From: an uncultured Candidatus Saccharibacteria bacterium
Lineage (GTDB): Bacteria; Patescibacteriota; Saccharimonadia; Saccharimonadales; JAGQNJ01
Direction of reading: 5' to 3'
Assembly (NCBI GenBank): GCA_964577565.1
Contig: CAZNZL010000001.1
Span: forward strand, 334,566 to 398,565
Length of the DNA stretch: 64,000 nucleotides
The notes under the pieces were generated by a model. The model saw only the letters and a list, made by a program, of their open reading frames with translations, did no database searches and was not told the origin of the DNA. The number at the start of each line of letters is the position of its first letter. Position 1 is the stretch's first letter. This document shows positions 25,786-35,923 of this stretch, in pieces. A program made the position numbers and the translations under genes.

Positions 25786-27573
25786 ATGCCGCAAAAAAAT
25801 AGCTTAAACGCAAAAAGCGTATTGCGAGTTTACTGGAGTGAAGTGTCTAAGTACAAGCTTAGATTGCTTGGTATTGGTATTGCCCTGCCAACTACGGTTA
25901 TATTTAGCCAGTACTTACCGCCCCTGGTTTTAGCTCATGCGCTTGAAAGAGTCAGTAACAACGATTATATCCAGGGCCAATTTCTACAAAGTTTTGGTCA
26001 TGAGATTTTTATATACGCGCTGCTTGTCTTTACCAGCAGCTTTTTACTATGGCGCTTGCTCGATATTTTAATGTGGGGCCTTGAAATGCGCGTCTTAAAA
26101 AACCTGGCCGACAGGGTTTTTACTCATCTTATTTCATTAAGCTCAAACTTCTTTGCCGATAACTTTAGCGGGTCGCTTGTTTCACAAACAAATAAATTGC
26201 TCGGAAGCTACGTTCGAATTGCCGACACCACCATATACGGAACCATGCAATTGGTAATTGGTCTCATAGCTACCGCTGTTATTTTGTTTCCTAAATCGCC
26301 GCTCTTTGTAGTTTGTCTGATTGGCTTTGCGATTGCCTATGTTCTTATTGCCATTAAGGCATCAAAGGGCGTACGAGAAGCCGGCCGACGCCACGCTCAC
26401 GCTGAAAGCGAACAAACCGGCTACCTCGCTGATGCGCTGACAAATATTATTGCAATCAAGAGCTTTTCATCTGACCAACATGAAATTAAACGCTTCAAGA
26501 CGGCAACCACCCATACCAAAAACACGCTTAGAAACGTTGCCGTCGAGCAGCAAAAGCAAGTTTCGGTGTTCTCGGTTGCCACGGGCACCATTAACGTGGC
26601 ATCATTTGTTATTGCAACCTTTAGCGTGGTGGTTTTTAACGCTAACGTAGCACTGGTATTTCTGATTTTTAACTACACCGCTAACATCATTAGCCAACTT
26701 TTTAGTTTTAGTAACAGCGCGCTTAGAAACTACAACCGCTCAATTGGTGATGCGAGCGATATGGTACACAAGCTTTCTCTGGCGCCAGAAATTAAAGATC
26801 CTGACAACCCAGAAGAGCTTGTCATAACCAGAGGTAAGATCGAGTTTAACAATGTGACCTTTCGTCACAATGGTGCTAACGAGTCAATTTTCAGCAAGCT
26901 GAACCTCGCCATAAAACCAGGCGAAAAGGTTGGCTTAGTTGGCCATTCTGGCTCGGGCAAGACATCGCTGACCAAAATTTTGCTGCGATTCTCAGACATA
27001 GAAAACGGAGTAATTACCATTGATGGGCAAAACATTGCTCATATAACGCAAAATGACCTGCGCTCGGTTATTTCATATGTTCCGCAAGAGCCATTGCTCT
27101 TTCACCGTAGCCTTAAAGAGAACATTGCCTATGGTAAACCAAATGCGCAAGAACGAGAAATAATTGCCGTAGCGAAACAGGCGCACGCGCATGACTTTAT
27201 TGCAGGCCTGCCTGACGGTTACAACACCTTGGTCGGTGAGCGCGGCGTTAAGTTGTCTGGCGGCCAACGGCAGCGCATTGCCATTGCGCGTGCCATGCTT
27301 AAGAACGCGCCCATTTTGGTGTTAGACGAGGCTACCAGCGCGCTCGATTCAGAAAGTGAAGCGCTCATTCAAGACGCCCTCTGGAAGTTAATGGAAGGCC
27401 GCACTGCCATTGTCATTGCCCACCGCCTGAGTACCATTCAAAAAATGGACCGTATTATTGTGCTCGATAACGGTAAAATCATTGAACAAGGTTCGCACCG
27501 CGAGCTCATACGAAAGGGCGGTAAGTACGCGGAGCTATGGAATCGCCAATCGGGCGGCTTTATAGATACGTAA
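25786..27573 (+). CDS. ABC transporter, fused permease/ATP-binding exporter (MsbA-like)
   Basis: AGGAGG 5 nt before the ATG at 25786. Walker A GHSGSGKTS, signature LSGGQRQR, Walker B ILVLDEATSALD. Confidence 0.9.
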   Translation: MPQKNSLNAKSVLRVYWSEVSKYKLRLLGIGIALPTTVIFSQYLPPLVLAHALERVSNNDYIQGQFLQSFGHEIFIYALLVFTSSFLLWRLLDILMWGLEMRVLKNLADRVFTHLISLSSNFFADNFSGSLVSQTNKLLGSYVRIADTTIYGTMQLVIGLIATAVILFPKSPLFVVCLIGFAIAYVLIAIKASKGVREAGRRHAHAESEQTGYLADALTNIIAIKSFSSDQHEIKRFKTATTHTKNTLRNVAVEQQKQVSVFSVATGTINVASFVIATFSVVVFNANVALVFLIFNYTANIISQLFSFSNSALRNYNRSIGDASDMVHKLSLAPEIKDPDNPEELVITRGKIEFNNVTFRHNGANESIFSKLNLAIKPGEKVGLVGHSGSGKTSLTKILLRFSDIENGVITIDGQNIAHITQNDLRSVISYVPQEPLLFHRSLKENIAYGKPNAQEREIIAVAKQAHAHDFIAGLPDGYNTLVGERGVKLSGGQRQRIAIARAMLKNAPILVLDEATSALDSESEALIQDALWKLMEGRTAIVIAHRLSTIQKMDRIIVLDNGKIIEQGSHRELIRKGGKYAELWNRQSGGFIDT

Positions 27574-27580
27574 ATGCAAC

Positions 27581-27619
27581 AAATACTTAACGTGTTAATT
27601 ATTAACATGTTAAGTATTT
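27581..27619. terminator. palindrome, bidirectional terminator candidate; member of a two-copy repeat
   Basis: Arms aaatacttaacgtgttaat and attaacatgttaagtattt (19-nt arms, 1 mismatch) lie between convergent genes. Confidence 0.6.
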
Positions 27620-27642
27620 ATACTGCTTGGTTTGCGGCGGCT

Positions 27643-28302
27643 TTAGGCCTCGGCGTTATCTTGAGCGGCTTCTTCACCTGTCTCGCTGGCTTCGGCGCCT
27701 TCTGCTGCCTCTTCGCCTTCAGCAGCAGCTTCTTCTGACTGCTGGGCTGGCGTTTCTATAACGGACACAATCGGGTGTTCGGCATCAGTAATAATCGTCA
27801 CGCCTTCTGGCGCTGTAAGGTCGGCTACGGTTACTTTGTCACCAATCTCTGTCAGATGCTCAATGTTAATGGTCAGCTCGTCTGGTAATGATCGCGGCAC
27901 GGCTTCGACCTTAACTTGTTCTAGTTGCGGCAAGAGCATCAAGCCGGCTTTTTCGGCAGCGCTGTCACCCTCTAAACGTACTGGAACTTCAGTTTGGATC
28001 TTTTCGTTTTGGCGCACGGCGTCAAAAACAACGTGCCGTAAGGTATTTTTACGTGGGTCAAGATCTACTTCTTTTATGATAGCTAGGTACTTTTCACTGC
28101 CCACACGCAGGTCTACCGGGTGGTGTTTACCGGCCGCTTGGTAAACTTTGGCCATCTCTATCGACGGCGCATTAACTATAATGGACGCTTTGCCGTGATT
28201 ATGAATCACCGCCGGGGTAGCCCCGCTGCGGCGCAGTGCCCGTACTTGTTTACCAATAATGTCACGTTTTTCAAGCGTTAAGGTAATATCTCCGGTTGCC
28301 AT
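27643..28302 (-). CDS. rplY: 50S ribosomal protein L25 / general stress protein Ctc
   Basis: LTLEKRDIIGKQVRALRRSGATPAVIHNHGK..., with an acidic Ala/Glu tail. Confidence 0.85.
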   Translation of the reverse strand: MATGDITLTLEKRDIIGKQVRALRRSGATPAVIHNHGKASIIVNAPSIEMAKVYQAAGKHHPVDLRVGSEKYLAIIKEVDLDPRKNTLRHVVFDAVRQNEKIQTEVPVRLEGDSAAEKAGLMLLPQLEQVKVEAVPRSLPDELTINIEHLTEIGDKVTVADLTAPEGVTIITDAEHPIVSVIETPAQQSEEAAAEGEEAAEGAEASETGEEAAQDNAEA

Positions 28303-28361
28303 GCTTCCCTCCGTATCAGATTAAGTACTACCATTATAACAAAAATATGTCATGAGAAGTT

Positions 28362-28370
28362 TGGTATAAT
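28362..28370 (+). promoter_or_regulatory. extended -10 element (TGGTATAAT)
   Basis: It ends 8 nt upstream of the GTG start of the DedA gene, so a leaderless or very short-leader mRNA is possible. Confidence 0.4.
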
Positions 28371-28378
28371 ACACATCA

Positions 28379-29038
28379 GTGTTTAACATAGAGAAAATTT
28401 TACAAACGTTTGGTATTTTGGGCGTTGGTGCTATTGTTTTTGCCGAGTCTGGCCTGTTAGTTGGATTTTTTTTGCCCGGTGATACCTTGTTGTTTATCTC
28501 TGGCTTTTTTGCTGCCCAAGGACACCTTAATATTTACTGGCTCATAACAGTCATAGTGGGGGCAGCAATTGTAGGAGATAACGTTGGCTACAGCATTGGC
28601 CGTCGTACTGGACCGCGTATTTTTAAAAAAGAAGACGGTATATTCTTTCACAAAAAACATATCGAGCGAGCTGAAAAGTTTTATAACGACCACGGCGGCA
28701 AAACCATTATTCTGGCCCGTTTTGTGCCGGTCGTGCGAACCTTTGCGCCGTTAGTGGCTGGTATTGGCAAAATGCCTCGTCAGCGCTTTATGTTGTTTAA
28801 TGTAGTTGGTGGGTTAATTTGGGGTGTTGGCGTAACGCTGCTGGGTTATTTTGCCGGCGCCATTATCGACCCGCACGTAGTTGAATTGTTTGTTATTCCG
28901 ATCTTTTTACTTGTCACGTTATTAACATTTGGGCCCGCCCTGTATCATTTATTAAAAGAAAAAAGTACCCGGCAATTACTAATAGAGCGGTTTAAACTGG
29001 GGTTGCGAAACATCTTTCTTAACAAAAAAATCGACTAA
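28379..29038 (+). CDS. DedA family (VTT domain) membrane protein
   Basis: FAESGLLVGFFLPGDTLLF...GGKTIILARFVPVVRTFAPLVAG. Confidence 0.85.
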   Translation: MFNIEKILQTFGILGVGAIVFAESGLLVGFFLPGDTLLFISGFFAAQGHLNIYWLITVIVGAAIVGDNVGYSIGRRTGPRIFKKEDGIFFHKKHIERAEKFYNDHGGKTIILARFVPVVRTFAPLVAGIGKMPRQRFMLFNVVGGLIWGVGVTLLGYFAGAIIDPHVVELFVIPIFLLVTLLTFGPALYHLLKEKSTRQLLIERFKLGLRNIFLNKKID

Positions 29039-29074
29039 TTATACAGCAAACCTGCGGTTTTTCTTTACTATCAC

Positions 29075-31885
29075 CTAAAGCATTCGTTTTAAGAACTGGC
29101 CCGTGTACGATTTGGTTACTTTTGCAACCGCCTCGGGTGTACCTTCGGCTATAATCATGCCGCCCTGTTGGCCGCCGTCGGGGCCCATATCAATAATGTG
29201 GTCGGCCGATTTAATAACATCGAGATTGTGCTCAATCACAATCATGCTATTACCAGTGTCGACCAAGGCATGCAGCACGTTTAGCAGCTTGTCGACATCG
29301 GCCATATGAAGACCAGTGGTTGGCTCATCTAAGATATACAGGGTGCGCCCGGTAGGCCGGCGCGATAGCTCGCTAGCAAGTTTAATACGTTGCGCTTCAC
29401 CGCCGCTTAAGGTTGTGGCTGGCTGCCCAAGGGTAATGTAGCCGAGGCCCACATCTACCAGCGTTTGCAGTTTGCGCGCAATGCTTGGAATGTTTTCAAA
29501 AAAACTTAGCGCTGTTTCACATGTCATCTCAAGCACATCACTAATGGTTTTGCCTTTGTAATGAATCTCAAGCGCCTCACGGTTATAGCGCTTGCCCTTA
29601 CAAACCTCACACGGCACATAGACATCGGGTAAGAAGTGCATTTCAATTTTAATAATGCCGTCACCGGCGCAGTTTTCGCAGCGCCCACCTTTAACGTTAA
29701 AACTAAACCGGCCCGGGCTATAGCCGCGTAATTTTGCTTCTGGCACGCTTGCGAACAATTCGCGTATGGGGGTAAAGACACCCGTGTAGGTAGCGGGGTT
29801 TGAGCGTGGCGTACGGCCAATCGGTGATTGGTCAATAATAATGGCCTTATCAAGCTGCTTAATGCCTTCGATATCATCATGCTTACCCGGCACGCTGTTG
29901 GCACGATGCAGCCGAGCCGCTAGCTCCTTGGCTAAAATATCATTAATAAGGGTTGATTTACCCGAGCCCGACACGCCGCTAACAACCACCAATTTACCCA
30001 GCGGTATATCAACGTTGACATTTTTAAGATTGTTTTCACGGGCACCTTTTATGCTTAAGGTTTTACCGTTCCCAGCCCGGCGCTTTTTCGGCACGGCAAT
30101 CTTCTTTTTGCCTAGCAAGTACTGCCCCGTAATACTCTTGGCATTGTTAGCCACGCTTTGAGGTGTGCCCAAGGCCACAATTTGCCCGCCGTGAATGCCA
30201 GCCCCGGGACCAATATCAATTAAGTAGTCGGCCGTTCGAATAGTATCTTCATCGTGCTCAACCACAATCACCGTGTTGCCTAAATCGCGTAAATGCTTAA
30301 GCGTACGAATTAACCGGTCGTTGTCGCGCTGATGTAAACCAATTGACGGTTCGTCAAGCACATACAGCACACCCATTAAGCCGGAGCCAATTTGGGTAGC
30401 CAAACGAATGCGCTGCGCTTCGCCGCCGCTTAACGTGGTTGCGCTTCTGAGTAAACTGAGGTAATTAAGGCCAACGTCTTGTAAAAACGATAAGCGAGCG
30501 CGGATTTCTTTTAAGATTTGGGCGGCAATATGAAGCTCGGTACTATTTAAGGTTATGTTATTAAAGTAAGTGTTAGCATCATCAATTGACAGCTCACAAA
30601 TATCCATGATCGATTTACTATCTACCGTAACGGCAAGAACTTCAGGCTTAAGACGTTTACCCTCGCACGCATGGCACGGCCGCTCTTGCATAAAGCGCTC
30701 AATATCGCGCCGAATAAAGTCACTCTCGGTTTCTTTGTGGCGGCGTTCAAGGTTAGGGATCACGCCCTCATAGGTGGTTTGGTACGATCGGCCAATACCC
30801 AGCGAAATCCGGTATGTTTGACTGCCGGTACCGTATAAAATACGCTCCATGTTAGCCTCAGAAATTTCACCGGTTGGCTGGTGAATACTAAAGCCAAACT
30901 TATCACCCACCGCTTGCAGTTTTTTCATATACCAGGCGTCAGTGTTGACCCGATTAAAGGGCCGAATAGCACCCTCAGCCAACGTGAGGCGGCCGTTCGG
31001 GATGACCAAATCCGGATCAACTTCTAAGCGCGAGCCCAAACCCGTACAAACCGGGCAAGCCCCGTGTGGGCTGTTAAAACTAAAGGTGCGCGGCTCAAGC
31101 TCTGGAATTAACACATCGGGGTGATCAACACAGGCATACATCAGCGTGTGGATTGATTCATCATTGGTATCAGCATTAAGAACGGTTACCTTACCCTCGG
31201 CAACATCCAACGCTTGTTCAACCGATTGACTTAAGCGACCAAGGTTATCTGCATTGTTGGTCAAGCGATCGGCCACAATCTCGATGGTGTGTTTCTTGGC
31301 TTTATCAAGCTCAGGGAACTCATCTAAGGCATAAATGACTCCGTCAACCCGTACACGAGCAAAACCAGCCCGCTGATACTGCTCTGGTATGTGTTCAAAG
31401 GCGCCCTTTTTATCAATAACGACCGGCGCTAAAATAATTAACCGCGCGTCCTCATTATTACGAACAATCGTATCAACAATGGCTTGCGTGGTTTGGCGAG
31501 TCACTGGTTTACCACAAACCGGACAGTGCGGCGTGCCAACGCGTGCAAACAGCAGACGCAGGTAATCGTAAATTTCAGTCACGGTAGCGACGGTTGAGCG
31601 CGGATTGCGGCTGGTTGATTTTTGGTCAATACTTATCGCCGGTGACAAACCATCTATCTGGTCAACATCAGGTTTTTCCATTAAACCTAGAAACTGCCGG
31701 GCGTAGCTGCTTAGACTTTCGACATAGCGGCGCTGACCTTCGGCATAAATAGTATCAAACGCCAAAGAAGACTTACCCGAACCGCTTAAGCCGGTTATAA
31801 CTACTAGCTTGTCACGAGGAATCTCTAAAGAAATATCTTTAAGATTATGCTCGCGTGCTCCCTTAACCGCGATAACATCTTTCAT
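29075..31885 (-). CDS. uvrA: excinuclease ABC subunit A
   Basis: 936 aa. [23 protein letters not shown], zinc fingers, and two ABC modules. Confidence 0.97.
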   Translation of the reverse strand: MKDVIAVKGAREHNLKDISLEIPRDKLVVITGLSGSGKSSLAFDTIYAEGQRRYVESLSSYARQFLGLMEKPDVDQIDGLSPAISIDQKSTSRNPRSTVATVTEIYDYLRLLFARVGTPHCPVCGKPVTRQTTQAIVDTIVRNNEDARLIILAPVVIDKKGAFEHIPEQYQRAGFARVRVDGVIYALDEFPELDKAKKHTIEIVADRLTNNADNLGRLSQSVEQALDVAEGKVTVLNADTNDESIHTLMYACVDHPDVLIPELEPRTFSFNSPHGACPVCTGLGSRLEVDPDLVIPNGRLTLAEGAIRPFNRVNTDAWYMKKLQAVGDKFGFSIHQPTGEISEANMERILYGTGSQTYRISLGIGRSYQTTYEGVIPNLERRHKETESDFIRRDIERFMQERPCHACEGKRLKPEVLAVTVDSKSIMDICELSIDDANTYFNNITLNSTELHIAAQILKEIRARLSFLQDVGLNYLSLLRSATTLSGGEAQRIRLATQIGSGLMGVLYVLDEPSIGLHQRDNDRLIRTLKHLRDLGNTVIVVEHDEDTIRTADYLIDIGPGAGIHGGQIVALGTPQSVANNAKSITGQYLLGKKKIAVPKKRRAGNGKTLSIKGARENNLKNVNVDIPLGKLVVVSGVSGSGKSTLINDILAKELAARLHRANSVPGKHDDIEGIKQLDKAIIIDQSPIGRTPRSNPATYTGVFTPIRELFASVPEAKLRGYSPGRFSFNVKGGRCENCAGDGIIKIEMHFLPDVYVPCEVCKGKRYNREALEIHYKGKTISDVLEMTCETALSFFENIPSIARKLQTLVDVGLGYITLGQPATTLSGGEAQRIKLASELSRRPTGRTLYILDEPTTGLHMADVDKLLNVLHALVDTGNSMIVIEHNLDVIKSADHIIDMGPDGGQQGGMIIAEGTPEAVAKVTKSYTGQFLKRML

Positions 31886-31922
31886 ACAATCAGACTATTA
31901 TACGCGGATTTCAAGATTTTTT

Positions 31923-32528
31923 CTAGACCACTCTGCGAAGTGATGGCTTGTTTCTATATGGCGGCTTACTGCTCTTTTTCGGAATCGAGCCTTCGTATAT
32001 TCGCCGCTGAAAATCAAAGCCTTTAACATGTAGTGACGCAGGAAAGGGCGGCAAATTATCTTTAGCCTTTACGCGAGTACGAGGTGGCCTAACGACTGAC
32101 ACATACCAGCCAATCTCATGCTCTACTTCTACGCCCATTTCTTCTTGAGTAATTTCAATTAAGTCTGATCTCAGCGCCTCCATAAACGGTAATGACCGTA
32201 GTGGAATGGCAAGGTAGCGCCCATATTTCTGAAGCTCATCCCCCTCTGGTCGCAAAACCAGTTGTTGCAAAGGTAAACCAGCGAGGCGCCTATGAATTTC
32301 GCGGCCTGCGTTCCGTAGCAATATAAGATCTTGATCACTATTGATGGGAATCGCCGTTTCTGATGCAGATAATATCGTAACGTGTAATTGATCTTGATTT
32401 TGTGGCACACCATAATGGGGCGGTAGATTACCAAAAAATTTCTCAAATGCTCGGGTGTGGCCGTTTATAGTTAATGCCGCCCCTACTCCCTGAGGTGCAG
32501 TATTATTATACGCTTCCATTTTCTTCAT
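31923..32528 (-). CDS. hypothetical protein
   Basis: 201-aa ORF. A single LHVTIL (HxTx) motif is insufficient to call a 2H phosphoesterase. Confidence 0.5.
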   Translation of the reverse strand: MKKMEAYNNTAPQGVGAALTINGHTRAFEKFFGNLPPHYGVPQNQDQLHVTILSASETAIPINSDQDLILLRNAGREIHRRLAGLPLQQLVLRPEGDELQKYGRYLAIPLRSLPFMEALRSDLIEITQEEMGVEVEHEIGWYVSVVRPPRTRVKAKDNLPPFPASLHVKGFDFQRRIYEGSIPKKSSKPPYRNKPSLRRVV

Positions 32529-32586
32529 TATATCCCAATAATCCCACCATGCTTCGCGAATTAGTGTTTTTTGTTACACTAGCTAC

Positions 32587-33051
32587 ATGTCCAAGCGAGA
32601 CAAAGTTAAAGACACGCTTAAAAAAGATGTCCCCCTGCCAAAGAAGATTGCCGTTGATATTCTTGGTGGTCTGCTAATAATTGCCTCTGTGCTTTTTGGC
32701 TGGTTACCCGGCGTTGGTGGCATACCGTTGTTTTTAGCAGGTTTAGGCCTTTTGGCAACCAATCATGAGTGGGCGCGGCGATTGTTACATCGCGTGAAAG
32801 ACACTGGCACTTCAATTGTCAAAACCATCTTTCGTGATCATCCGGTTTTAGTTATGGTATATGATGTCGCTGCAATCGCCCTACTTGTAACCGCTGGCTT
32901 AACCCTTGGTGCCGCCGATGGCAACTTGGGCCGCGGTTTTGCCAGCATCATGGCGTTCTTCGGCATAGGCCTGCTGATTGGTAACCGCCAGCGTATTCAA
33001 AAGATCAATTCATTCGTACAAAAAGTCACCCGCCGCTCAAAGAAAGCATAA
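32587..33051 (+). CDS. PGPGW-type small membrane protein
   Basis: GWLPGVGGIPLFLAGLGLLATNHEWARRLL. Confidence 0.65.
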   Translation: MSKRDKVKDTLKKDVPLPKKIAVDILGGLLIIASVLFGWLPGVGGIPLFLAGLGLLATNHEWARRLLHRVKDTGTSIVKTIFRDHPVLVMVYDVAAIALLVTAGLTLGAADGNLGRGFASIMAFFGIGLLIGNRQRIQKINSFVQKVTRRSKKA

Positions 33052-33066
33052 GCTTTAACAATATTA

Positions 33067-33094
33067 TTGACTTTTCTGCAAGTTGATATAAAAT
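33067..33094 (+). promoter_or_regulatory. promoter candidate
   Basis: TTGACT, a 16-nt spacer, then TAAAAT. AGAGGAG and the ATG at 33118 follow. Confidence 0.45.
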
Positions 33095-33117
33095 CACTCG
33101 TAAAGAGGAGTGGTTTT

Positions 33118-33246
33118 ATGCTTGAGTTCATCGTTTTGGGCCAGATTCCTGGCACTCATATTCAAATTACCTTTGCGTGGTTCTTGTTCGGCGCACTCGC
33201 CGGTCTGTCATACGTGCTTCACAAAATTAAGCAAACGGCAGTTTAA
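33118..33246 (+). CDS. 42-aa single-TM protein (not in ORF track)
   Basis: AGAGGAG lies 7 nt before the ATG. Product is MLEFIVLGQIPGTHIQITFAWFLFGALAGLSYVLHKIKQTAV. Preferred over the track ORF 33110..33316. Confidence 0.4.
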   Translation: MLEFIVLGQIPGTHIQITFAWFLFGALAGLSYVLHKIKQTAV

Positions 33247-34676
33247 GCCATGTCGGGCAAAATGCTTTGCCCGTACAGCTGTAGCTCTTCTAATAAATAA
33301 CGTTTATCTGCAGTGAGGTGCTTTTGTTCGGCCAGCTCGCCAAGCCGCTTAAAATAGCGCGCTGCCCGGCTTTGCTCACCACCGTTCAGCAAACGGTCGT
33401 GACAGTATGTTTGCCAGGCTTCTCGTTCTTGGTCAGTCAATGTAGCCGGGTAATTGCGAGCTTTATACAGCGGCATCATAGCCTGCAGACGCTTATCTTT
33501 AAATGACACGTTAAGCGTTTTAAGTTCATCTGGGCTGGCTTCGTGCACCCGCTTCATAACCGGCTTGTCTTGGTTGTCAAAAAAGCCGTCATAGAGCTGT
33601 GCATCAATCAGCTGTTCATCAGACAGCAAGGCAACTTGCTGGCGCCGGTTTAAAATCTCAAGCGCTTTTAAGACGTTTTGTATAAACTGCTTTGCCGATA
33701 ATACTTTTTTACGATTTGTATCAATAGTCTTGATATCAATTTTTAGGCGAGCTTTGCTGTCATCATCCAACACTCCTAACGGTGCAACCGCGGGACACCG
33801 ATTATACTGCAAGGTTTTTATAGGAAGCCGAGGCTCGACGCTATCTTTCTTCCACTTCCAGGCTTCGGCTAGTTTTTCTGGCGGCATGCTTAGCCAGGCA
33901 TCAGGGTCATGCCGCAGATCATACACAAGCGCTCCGCTTTTTGGGTTATCGGCAATTCTTACGGCCACAGTCGTTTTCTCAGTCTCAGACGGATACTTAC
34001 CACTTGAGTACACAAATGGCTGGTTACTGGTTACAAGTTCTTCAACTTTCTTCTTATCTCGCATGCCCAGTAAATAATCAAACAATTTTTGCTGTTTTTC
34101 TCTGATTAGCTTAGCGACCGCAATCGTGGCCATAACGTCATTCAGGGCATCGTGCGCTTTTTGATGATCCAGACCATTCAAACCAGTAATGAGCTCGAGT
34201 CGATTCGTTGGCTTGCCTTCACTATCAACCGGCCACTTAATGCCCTCCGGTCGCAGCGCCCGCGTCATGCGCACCACATCAAGCAAATCCCAGCGGCTTT
34301 TGCCGTCTTGCCAATGCCATTCGTATGGGTCATAAAAATTACGGTAATGCAAAAAACGCATAAACTCATCATCAAACCGTATGGTGTTATAGCCCACGAA
34401 AATGGTACTCGGCGTGGCGATTTCTTTATGAAACAACGTTAAAAATTCAGCCTCCGATATGCCTTCTTCAAGGGTTTTTTGCGGCGTAATGCCGGTTACC
34501 ATGACAGCATCAGGGTCAGGCAACACATCAGGGTTCATTGCCAACATGTGGTCATATGGTTTACCAATGGGATTCAGCTCAAGGTCGGTTCGCTGCCCCG
34601 CAAACTGCATAATGCGCTGCTCGCGCGGGTTGAAGCCGCTGGTCTCGAGATCATAAAAAAAGAATGATTGCTTCAT
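33243..34676 (-). CDS. sbcB: exodeoxyribonuclease I
   Basis: FFFYDLETSGFNPREQRIMQFAG (DEDDh ExoI motif), HDALNDV, SH3-like and C-terminal domains. 477 aa. Confidence 0.85.
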   Translation of the reverse strand: MKQSFFFYDLETSGFNPREQRIMQFAGQRTDLELNPIGKPYDHMLAMNPDVLPDPDAVMVTGITPQKTLEEGISEAEFLTLFHKEIATPSTIFVGYNTIRFDDEFMRFLHYRNFYDPYEWHWQDGKSRWDLLDVVRMTRALRPEGIKWPVDSEGKPTNRLELITGLNGLDHQKAHDALNDVMATIAVAKLIREKQQKLFDYLLGMRDKKKVEELVTSNQPFVYSSGKYPSETEKTTVAVRIADNPKSGALVYDLRHDPDAWLSMPPEKLAEAWKWKKDSVEPRLPIKTLQYNRCPAVAPLGVLDDDSKARLKIDIKTIDTNRKKVLSAKQFIQNVLKALEILNRRQQVALLSDEQLIDAQLYDGFFDNQDKPVMKRVHEASPDELKTLNVSFKDKRLQAMMPLYKARNYPATLTDQEREAWQTYCHDRLLNGGEQSRAARYFKRLGELAEQKHLTADKRYLLEELQLYGQSILPDMA

Positions 34677-34972
34677 TTGTACATAAAGTGTACCACTGTT
34701 TCGCTGCCATTACAGCTCATCAGAACAACTTATACTTTGTTGACAGTGCATTGGAGTGGTACGGAGCTTTATGATGATGGCATATGCCAAAAGCTACGAC
34801 GTACCGTCTCCGTTGAGCCTTATTCTTGGTTTATGTGTTCACCAAGACCGTACTCTCTAGCGTCGGGAAAACCCCAAAGCATCCCCTTGCATTTGCGTGC
34901 AGCCCTCGCCGCAGCAAACACTCGCCACCTCACGGTGACTTTTACCTCCGGGTAGAAGTATGTAGACATAAA

Positions 34973-35209
34973 TTACTCGGTACGAGACAGAGCAATCATG
35001 CTAATGACACAAATCAATGTTCCCACAAAGAAGAGTATCACGTTTGCGATCATGAACTGGCTTCTGGTGTAGCTTGAAATGCTGTCGCTATTCCCGAAAG
35101 CTAAAACTGCTACAACCATAACGCAAAGTGCAGTTATTGCCAGTCCGAGACCGATAACTTGCGCCATCAGCCAAGCTTTTCTATGGTTCATGGAGTTGCT
35201 TTTCATCAT
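34973..35209 (-). CDS. small 2-TM protein, paralog 1 of 3
   Basis: GAAAGGAGGTGAG RBS, then ATGATG. Motifs HRKAWLMAQVIGLGL...GNSDS. Confidence 0.55.
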   Translation of the reverse strand: MMKSNSMNHRKAWLMAQVIGLGLAITALCVMVVAVLAFGNSDSISSYTRSQFMIANVILFFVGTLICVISMIALSRTE

Positions 35210-35252
35210 CTCACCTCCTTTCAAAGGTGTCGTGAAGAAAACTGGATCAGCG

Positions 35253-35468
35253 CTACTTCTTCAGCCGATCGATTTTCGGCTGAAGGACAAATAGAGCGAT
35301 ATTGCTCGATACGAGTGCAACCAGAGTGAGCAGGTACGCCAATGTACCTGGATCATCGGTGTTCCTGACGTACAGGATGACTGCAGTCAAAATGCAAAAC
35401 ACCGCTGCACCCCACGCTAACCGCCAAAGGCGGTTCAGCAACTTAAGCTCTTCTGTATTGGCGCTCAT
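35253..35468 (-). CDS. small 2-TM protein, paralog 2 of 3
   Basis: It shares the same 16-nt RBS/start block as paralog 1 (catctcacctcctttc on plus). Product begins MSANTEELKLLNRLWRLAWGAAVF... Confidence 0.55.
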   Translation of the reverse strand: MSANTEELKLLNRLWRLAWGAAVFCILTAVILYVRNTDDPGTLAYLLTLVALVSSNIALFVLQPKIDRLKK

Positions 35469-35561
35469 CTCACCTCCTTTCGAGAGGTAAATCACCTTGT
35501 ACAGGTGCAATAGGTAGACGGTACCCATTGTAACTCATTATAGCATTTTTGTCATGCTATG

Positions 35562-35876
35562 TCAATGGGCGCTCGGCTCTGAGATTCCTGGAGCGGGCGG
35601 CTTGTTGCGCACCTTGCGCACCATGCCAACCAGGCTGGCAAGTGCCATGAAGATGCATACAACCAGTATCGCTGCTGCAACAAGCACATAGAGCGCTCGT
35701 TCAGTGGCCATATCTTGGCTGTTGCCGCTGGCACGCCGAACGATGATCACCAAGGCGATCAACGACAAGACACCCAAGAGGGTGCCGATCACAAGCGTGC
35801 TCCTCCATGCTCTTTTGGCAGATTCATGTTGCTGTGTCACGTTTCTCCTAACCCGAGGAGGTTTGTTGAGGTTCAA
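35562..35876 (-). CDS. small 2-TM protein, paralog 3 of 3
   Basis: AKRAWRSTLVIGTLLG...GNSQD aligns with paralog 1. The start is TTG 35876 or, more likely, GTG 35840 after AGGAGA. Confidence 0.55.
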   Translation of the reverse strand: MNLNKPPRVRRNVTQQHESAKRAWRSTLVIGTLLGVLSLIALVIIVRRASGNSQDMATERALYVLVAAAILVVCIFMALASLVGMVRKVRNKPPAPGISEPSAH

Positions 35877-35923
35877 CCAGGCATTTCCCGATCAGGGGTA
35901 ATTTTATCATTTATCTGACTTAT

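Noticed and set aside
33110-33316. 68-aa plus-strand track ORF
   Set aside because: It overlaps the sbcB 3' end and lacks an RBS. A different frame, with AGAGGAG plus ATG at 33118, gives a plausible 42-aa TM protein.
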